From Neophaeotheca triangularis (Eukaryota), in the NCBI GenBank assembly GCA_054600435.1, contig BAAIJX010000003.1, positions 682,001 through 746,000 of the forward strand: 64,000 bases of DNA, in the 5' to 3' direction. Of this stretch, positions 59,068-64,000 are shown piece after piece; position 1 is the first letter of the stretch, and every line of letters starts with the position of its first letter. The translations under genes and the position numbers were made by a program. The notes beneath the pieces are model-generated. The model was not told the DNA's origin. It did no database searches and saw only the letters and a program-made list of their open reading frames with translations.

Positions 59068-59472
59068 ATGTCTGAGCCGTCCTCATCCTACGCCGAAATA
59101 AGACCTTCTAGTCCGGACACTGACGAGGAAGTCGATTCTCTGCCCTCCGAGTCCGCCTCTAGCACCTCTACCTCAGGAAGCGATGACTACGAAGACTCTG
59201 ACGCTGACCGGGAATGGCGGGAAAGTCTCCAGCAGCTGGAGCTGCTATTGACAATGGTGTTGGTGCCGTACCTTGGGAAGTATTTTGGGAGGAAGTGTGC
59301 ATACTGGAGTGAGTAAAAGAGCTGCTACGATTCGTTGCAAGCCCAGTCGTACTGATACTGAGTGCTAGGCTGGGCAAAATTCATGGAGTGGAAATACCCT
59401 GTTACGGTCGAGATAACTAGCCCGGGTGCATTCAAGGGCGCTGGGGCTATCGAGGCTGCTGCATCGCTTTGA
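59068..59472 (+). CDS. MIM2: Mitochondrial import protein Mim2 (intron 59309-59368)
   Basis: DADREWRESLQQLELLLTMVLVPYLGKYFGRKCAYWS|WAKFMEWKYP. Confidence 0.9.
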
Positions 59473-60018
59473 AGGCATTGTATTTGTACGGTTTTCGATG
59501 CCCTTGGTGATGACTCCGAAGGATCGATCATGATGCCAAGCGTGAAACGAGGGGAATACGAAACCATGGATTGCTGCTTTGCGGATGGCTGTCTGATGTT
59601 GCGCTACGCCACGCCACGGGATATGATGCTTCGCGACCCCACGACGACGAGAAGCAAGCAGATCATGTTCCGCCAACCGCCCCAATGCATCTTGATATGG
59701 CTTTCGACCCAGGAATGTGGCACGAGCTTTCCAGTGAGAACTGGAGCTCTCGTCACGTCAGAACTGCAATTAGCAGGCAATGAGGATGCCTCACCATACC
59801 TCATGGGGACAGAGGAGGAAACATGAAATTGGACTTGGGGATCTGCAGGATGAGATGAGTGGCAGCTTGTCCGTTACCGCTCCGTGCCTCTTTTGGAGCG
59901 ATTCTGATCGCGCCGCCAGCTGGCAACCAGGTCGCCGACTACACTAAGGTACATACAAGTCAATACATATTGTACAGGCCATAATTAGTTGCGGAGGGAA
60001 GAATGCGTCATTCGGAGG

Positions 60019-60226
60019 TGACGTGGTCAAACGCTTGGGATTACATCCACGCGTGAGGAAATGGAGGTGAAACAGGTGAGACAGCACGAGAACCCTGGAA
60101 AGGGAGGTCGAAAGGTGCCAAAGCAGGGCGACTCGTGTGCTGCCAGGTTTGTTCAGCTGTATCCAAGCTTTTGTTGCAGACACGCATGGACCACGTGACG
60201 TATGCAAATTGACTTTTATATATATT
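60019..60226 (+). promoter_or_regulatory. TATA box (60217-60226) and two TGACGT CRE-like sites (60019, 60196) upstream of the 60331 ORF
   Basis: Motifs read directly; function inferred. Confidence 0.4.
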
Positions 60227-60330
60227 AACAGGTGAACTTCACCGCTGGACGTTCTGCCCCACACGCTCACAGCTTTTCACACATTCTGTCAAGCTGACAG
60301 ATACTACACTACTCATACCACATATCGGCC

Positions 60331-62526
60331 ATGGAGTCGGACCAAGAGCGAAGCTTCGGCACGAATCCCAACATCATCTCCGATAGCAACAACCCAATGC
60401 TGGCGGAAGAAGGTCGCCAAGTACCTACCGCTCAGACACCATCGGGCTTTGGCGGCTACGATACCGGCCGTAACTCACTTTCGTCACAGCAAACCGGAAC
60501 GGTCCCCGCCCCTCGACCATTCGGCGAGTCTGACAGCGCGATGCAGCCGGATCCATACCAGACGAATGCTTCCTCCACCATCAAGGACAGACTGGGGCCC
60601 AGCAAGCAGTCTTACCAAGGAACTTCCTCAGCCAGCAGCTTTGGAGTGGCTCCTGACAGGGAATCTACCACCACTTTGGCCTCGGATCGGTACCAAACGG
60701 CCGCTCCTTCGGCTACCAACAATGGTCGGTCGTCCTTGAACCAGTCTACCAGCACGACCCAACCCAACGTTTACCCAACGGATGGCTCCTCGTCTACAAC
60801 CGATGACGGATTGATGTCCGGCAATGCGTCTACAACGACCTTGCAATCGGACCGATACCCAATGAGCCCTCCCTCAGTCTCCAATGACAGACTCTCGAGG
60901 CCTTCGTATACGCAGCAAACACCCTCAAGCACAGCGCCAATTCCCGTGGAAGACGATACTTCCATCGGAGGACTGTCCGCGGCCCGTCCTCAGAACAACA
61001 CCGTTCCCTCCTTATCCTCCGACAACCTCCCCGATGTTGTTAGCCCGCCCTCCATTCCATCAAGCCGCGCGAGGAGCTTCTCGCGTGCAGGCGACTCAAA
61101 CGCGTCTCCCATGATCAACGAGGCGCCTCCGGCTGGCCCTGTCGGCAATGGTGTGATTGGCAAGACCACTGAAGAATTGACCGCCGATGCTGAGCGTGCC
61201 GGATTCATTGGCAATACCGCCTTCACATCTGGCAATTCAGACCTGGACGGCCCGCCCGCTGAGCTGTCTAGGGCACCTGAGACAGACCCATCAGCTTCTG
61301 TCCTCGCAGAGAACAAAGTACCCGACGCTTTTGCCACCGATGAAGCACTCAAATCGAGCGAGCCAGTGGATGGCCAGGACGCTGAAACCTTTGCCGCTCA
61401 CGTAGGATCTGCATCGACCGAGCCCCAACCTGCCCCTTCTGAGGTGCCTCGAAAGCTCCCAATGCCCGGCAGTTTCGACACACCTCAGCAGAGTTTCAGT
61501 GGCGATATGCCCACTGTCAGCTCCTTCAGCAACAAGAGCGCCGTTGCTGCGGAAGGTCCTGCGCCTCCCACCGCCGACCCGACTACATTCCCCACCACGC
61601 AAGCCCCAGGGCTCGTGGACGCTACTCCCAACCATGCCTCCACCGAGGCTGCGACAGAGCCAACGCCATCCAACTTCAACACTAGCGCTCAACTAGGCTC
61701 AAACGCCACCTCTGTCGTTCCCGTGCCAGAAGAAGTTGACCCAACGACCGAAACAGCGCCATCCAACTTCAACAACACAAGCGCTCAATACGGCTCTAAC
61801 ACCACGTCCGTCGTCCCTGTCGCTGAGGAAAACGACCCTGACGTCCGTCCAGTCCCGACCTCCCGACCTACAGTCGAAGCCCTTACCTCTTTCACTCGCG
61901 AGATGGATACCGCATTCAAAGCACCTGCCGACGATAACTACATCAACACCAAACCACTGCCTACCCTCCCAGATAACAGCAACAGCAACAACGACTACGA
62001 CAATAACCCCACCACCCCAACCACCGGCGGTAACATCAACAACCCCCATCCCACCCAACCCATCCCCGAACCCAGCAAACAAGAAGCTTCCTCCACGCCC
62101 ACACCAGCACAAGAGCCTCCACAAGAACCCTCCAGCTCGGAAAACTCCCGCTTCACCGAGATGACCTCCGACCAAACCGGCCCAACCAACGCCGCCGCGA
62201 CAACAGGCGACGTCAAAGACATCGAGAGCGAAATGCATGGCGCGCCTGCCAACTCCAGCGACATTCGTAATGAGCAACGCTCCGAGGGCCAAGGCGCAAA
62301 CTTCGCTACCTCCGCGGCGGAGACGAATGCCGCGCAGGGCGGAGGCAATTTTGGTACAGTTGCCACTGAGGAGTCTGCTTCTGGGGAGACGAAGGTTGAG
62401 GTTAGGGACTATGCGGGTGCGGGTGCGGGTGCGGATGCGGTTGGCGAGGGCCAGGGAGAGGAGGGGCAGGGGTCGAAGAAACACGGATTGGGGGCTAAGG
62501 TGAAGCATATGTTGCATATGGATTGA
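60331..62526 (+). CDS. Low-complexity Ser/Thr/Pro-rich hydrophilic protein with a 31-aa internal repeat
   Basis: 731-aa ORF with ATG in good context (GCCATGG) and TATA upstream; no globular domain recognised. Confidence 0.75.
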   Translation: MESDQERSFGTNPNIISDSNNPMLAEEGRQVPTAQTPSGFGGYDTGRNSLSSQQTGTVPAPRPFGESDSAMQPDPYQTNASSTIKDRLGPSKQSYQGTSSASSFGVAPDRESTTTLASDRYQTAAPSATNNGRSSLNQSTSTTQPNVYPTDGSSSTTDDGLMSGNASTTTLQSDRYPMSPPSVSNDRLSRPSYTQQTPSSTAPIPVEDDTSIGGLSAARPQNNTVPSLSSDNLPDVVSPPSIPSSRARSFSRAGDSNASPMINEAPPAGPVGNGVIGKTTEELTADAERAGFIGNTAFTSGNSDLDGPPAELSRAPETDPSASVLAENKVPDAFATDEALKSSEPVDGQDAETFAAHVGSASTEPQPAPSEVPRKLPMPGSFDTPQQSFSGDMPTVSSFSNKSAVAAEGPAPPTADPTTFPTTQAPGLVDATPNHASTEAATEPTPSNFNTSAQLGSNATSVVPVPEEVDPTTETAPSNFNNTSAQYGSNTTSVVPVAEENDPDVRPVPTSRPTVEALTSFTREMDTAFKAPADDNYINTKPLPTLPDNSNSNNDYDNNPTTPTTGGNINNPHPTQPIPEPSKQEASSTPTPAQEPPQEPSSSENSRFTEMTSDQTGPTNAAATTGDVKDIESEMHGAPANSSDIRNEQRSEGQGANFATSAAETNAAQGGGNFGTVATEESASGETKVEVRDYAGAGAGADAVGEGQGEEGQGSKKHGLGAKVKHMLHMD

Positions 62527-62984
62527 AATGTTTGAGAAAAGGTCGTGGGTGGAGGGGGGTTAAGGGTTCAAGGATAGGATGCAAAGTGCCTTTTCGGTAT
62601 GATAATGACTTTTCCGTAATGTGTAGACTACGAGGCGCTATTGATAGGACTTTGGCACAGGTCCCGCTGAGCTCGTATCTTGCTCATATCTCTTGGAGCT
62701 GCCGTTAGGTGGTTCACTTGTGATTGTCGGTTGTGGAAGTCTTTTCATGATCCTCCGACAATAGGCGAAGATTCCACTGCCCAGGCAACCCGCAGATAAA
62801 GGAGCACCCTTGGATCTGCATCAAATATTACGTTCAACGCAGCCAAAAGGGCTCCAAATCGCGGTTATATATATGTATAGTACTATCTGTCGGAATGCAG
62901 GAGCCCAAACCCTGGACCTAACCGCTCAAAGATCTCTTCTCCCAACTCACCTCCTCTCAATTCCCTCAGAACAAAAAGCTAAAC

Positions 62985-63794
62985 TCACCGATCATCCCTT
63001 TCCGCCCAACCCCTACAAGCCTCAAAATGCGATTCAAAAACACCCCCCTCCATCCCCTCGACCCTCTCCCACAAATCCCGCTCCCCCAAAACCCTCAGAA
63101 AAACCCACAGTCCCATAACCACAAAATCCGCATAACAAACCTCCTTACCCAACGCATAAGGGCCCTCCGGCCTCTCCCTCAACAAACGGCCCAACATCTC
63201 AAAACCCGCTCCGGCCCCATCCCAAGCCCCCTCGCCCCCTTGCGTCCGCTCAAATTCCGCCAAAGGCATCCCGAACCGCTGCTCCCTCGTGCGATGGAAG
63301 TACTCGGCGCTGCGCTCGGGTAAGATGCCGGGGACGCGGGGCATAAGCACGGGGCCAAGGGATTTCAGCACTTCGGCCACGGCTTCCTGGGCGCGATCGA
63401 CGGCCGGGGAGTCTAGGTGGAGGGAGGGCAAGGGTTGGAGTTTTTCCAGCTCGTCGGCGATGAGGCGCGAGTCCATGACGAATTTGCCCGAGGGGGTGCG
63501 GATGGCGGGGCTGGAGTAGGAGAAGTTGGGGTTGATGGTGGGGGAGTTGGCGGGGATTCCGAGGGCTTTGAAGCGCGGCTCGAGGTCCGGGTATTCGGTC
63601 CAGTCGGTGTGGTAGGGGATTTGCTTGTAGTTGAGGGCGAGGCGGGCTGTGGAGGAAGAGGGTGAGTTATTGGGGGGTTTGGGGAGTCGGGTGGTGGTGT
63701 TTTAGGACTCACTCTTCCATGGGTTTAGACTCCAGCAGGTGGTTTTGCCGTTGATGGAGCTGGGGAGGTCATAGAATGTTACTTCGTTCGACAT
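62985..63794 (-). CDS. Glutathione S-transferase-like protein, fungal FuA/LigE-like (intron 63647-63712)
   Basis: Spliced FYDLPS...CWSLNPWK|TRLALNYKQIPYHTDWTEYPD, MDSRLIADELEK, SAEYFHRTRE, YADFVV. Confidence 0.9.
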
Positions 63795-64000
63795 GATGGC
63801 GATTTTGGTGGGTCGGTCGTTGTTCGGTTGTTTGCGTGGAAGAGCAGGAAATGGTAGGTGTCTGTCGCGGTGAGGTTGATCGTTTATATACCTTCACTAC
63901 CTACAGCCATCAGATTTCCACTTCGTCATGTGGGGCATCTGACGGTGGAGGTACCCAGGTAGTGGGGCCGGACAAATGTCACCTTTGTAAGCATACTCAC

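Noticed and set aside
1..64000. CRISPR arrays, transposases/retroelements, rRNA, secondary-metabolite cluster
   Set aside because: No repeat-spacer arrays, RT/integrase/DDE motifs, terminal repeats, rRNA sequence or PKS/NRPS genes were seen

Overview
Gene-dense region of a filamentous ascomycete (Pezizomycotina) nuclear genome, with short GT-AG introns and CTRAC-type branch sites. It holds about 30 protein genes, mostly housekeeping: DHDPS-family aldolase, Zn2Cys6 factor, two F-box proteins, M28 carboxypeptidase, SRAP, MGR3-like, isochorismatase-AlkB fusion, HIU hydrolase, UPS1, WRS1, dienoyl-CoA isomerase, RTF1, COQ7, ALDH, ERV25, SDH5, COX9, MRPL20, APM3, GH76, CPR6, SUI3, MIM2 and a GST. 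Three things stand out that the ORF track does not show. (1) A U2 snRNA gene (minus, ~38138-38461) is split by two spliceosomal introns that flank the exon carrying the branch-site recognition sequence. (2) A BTB/POZ gene (minus, 40998-43710) has one continuous frame interrupted by two in-frame UAG codons, the first where an aromatic residue is expected, suggesting A-to-I editing or readthrough. (3) An unidentified ~270-nt structured RNA polymerase III-type gene (minus, ~21079-21396) has TATA, A box, B box and an oligo-T terminator. All calls were read by eye; no database search or folding program was run.
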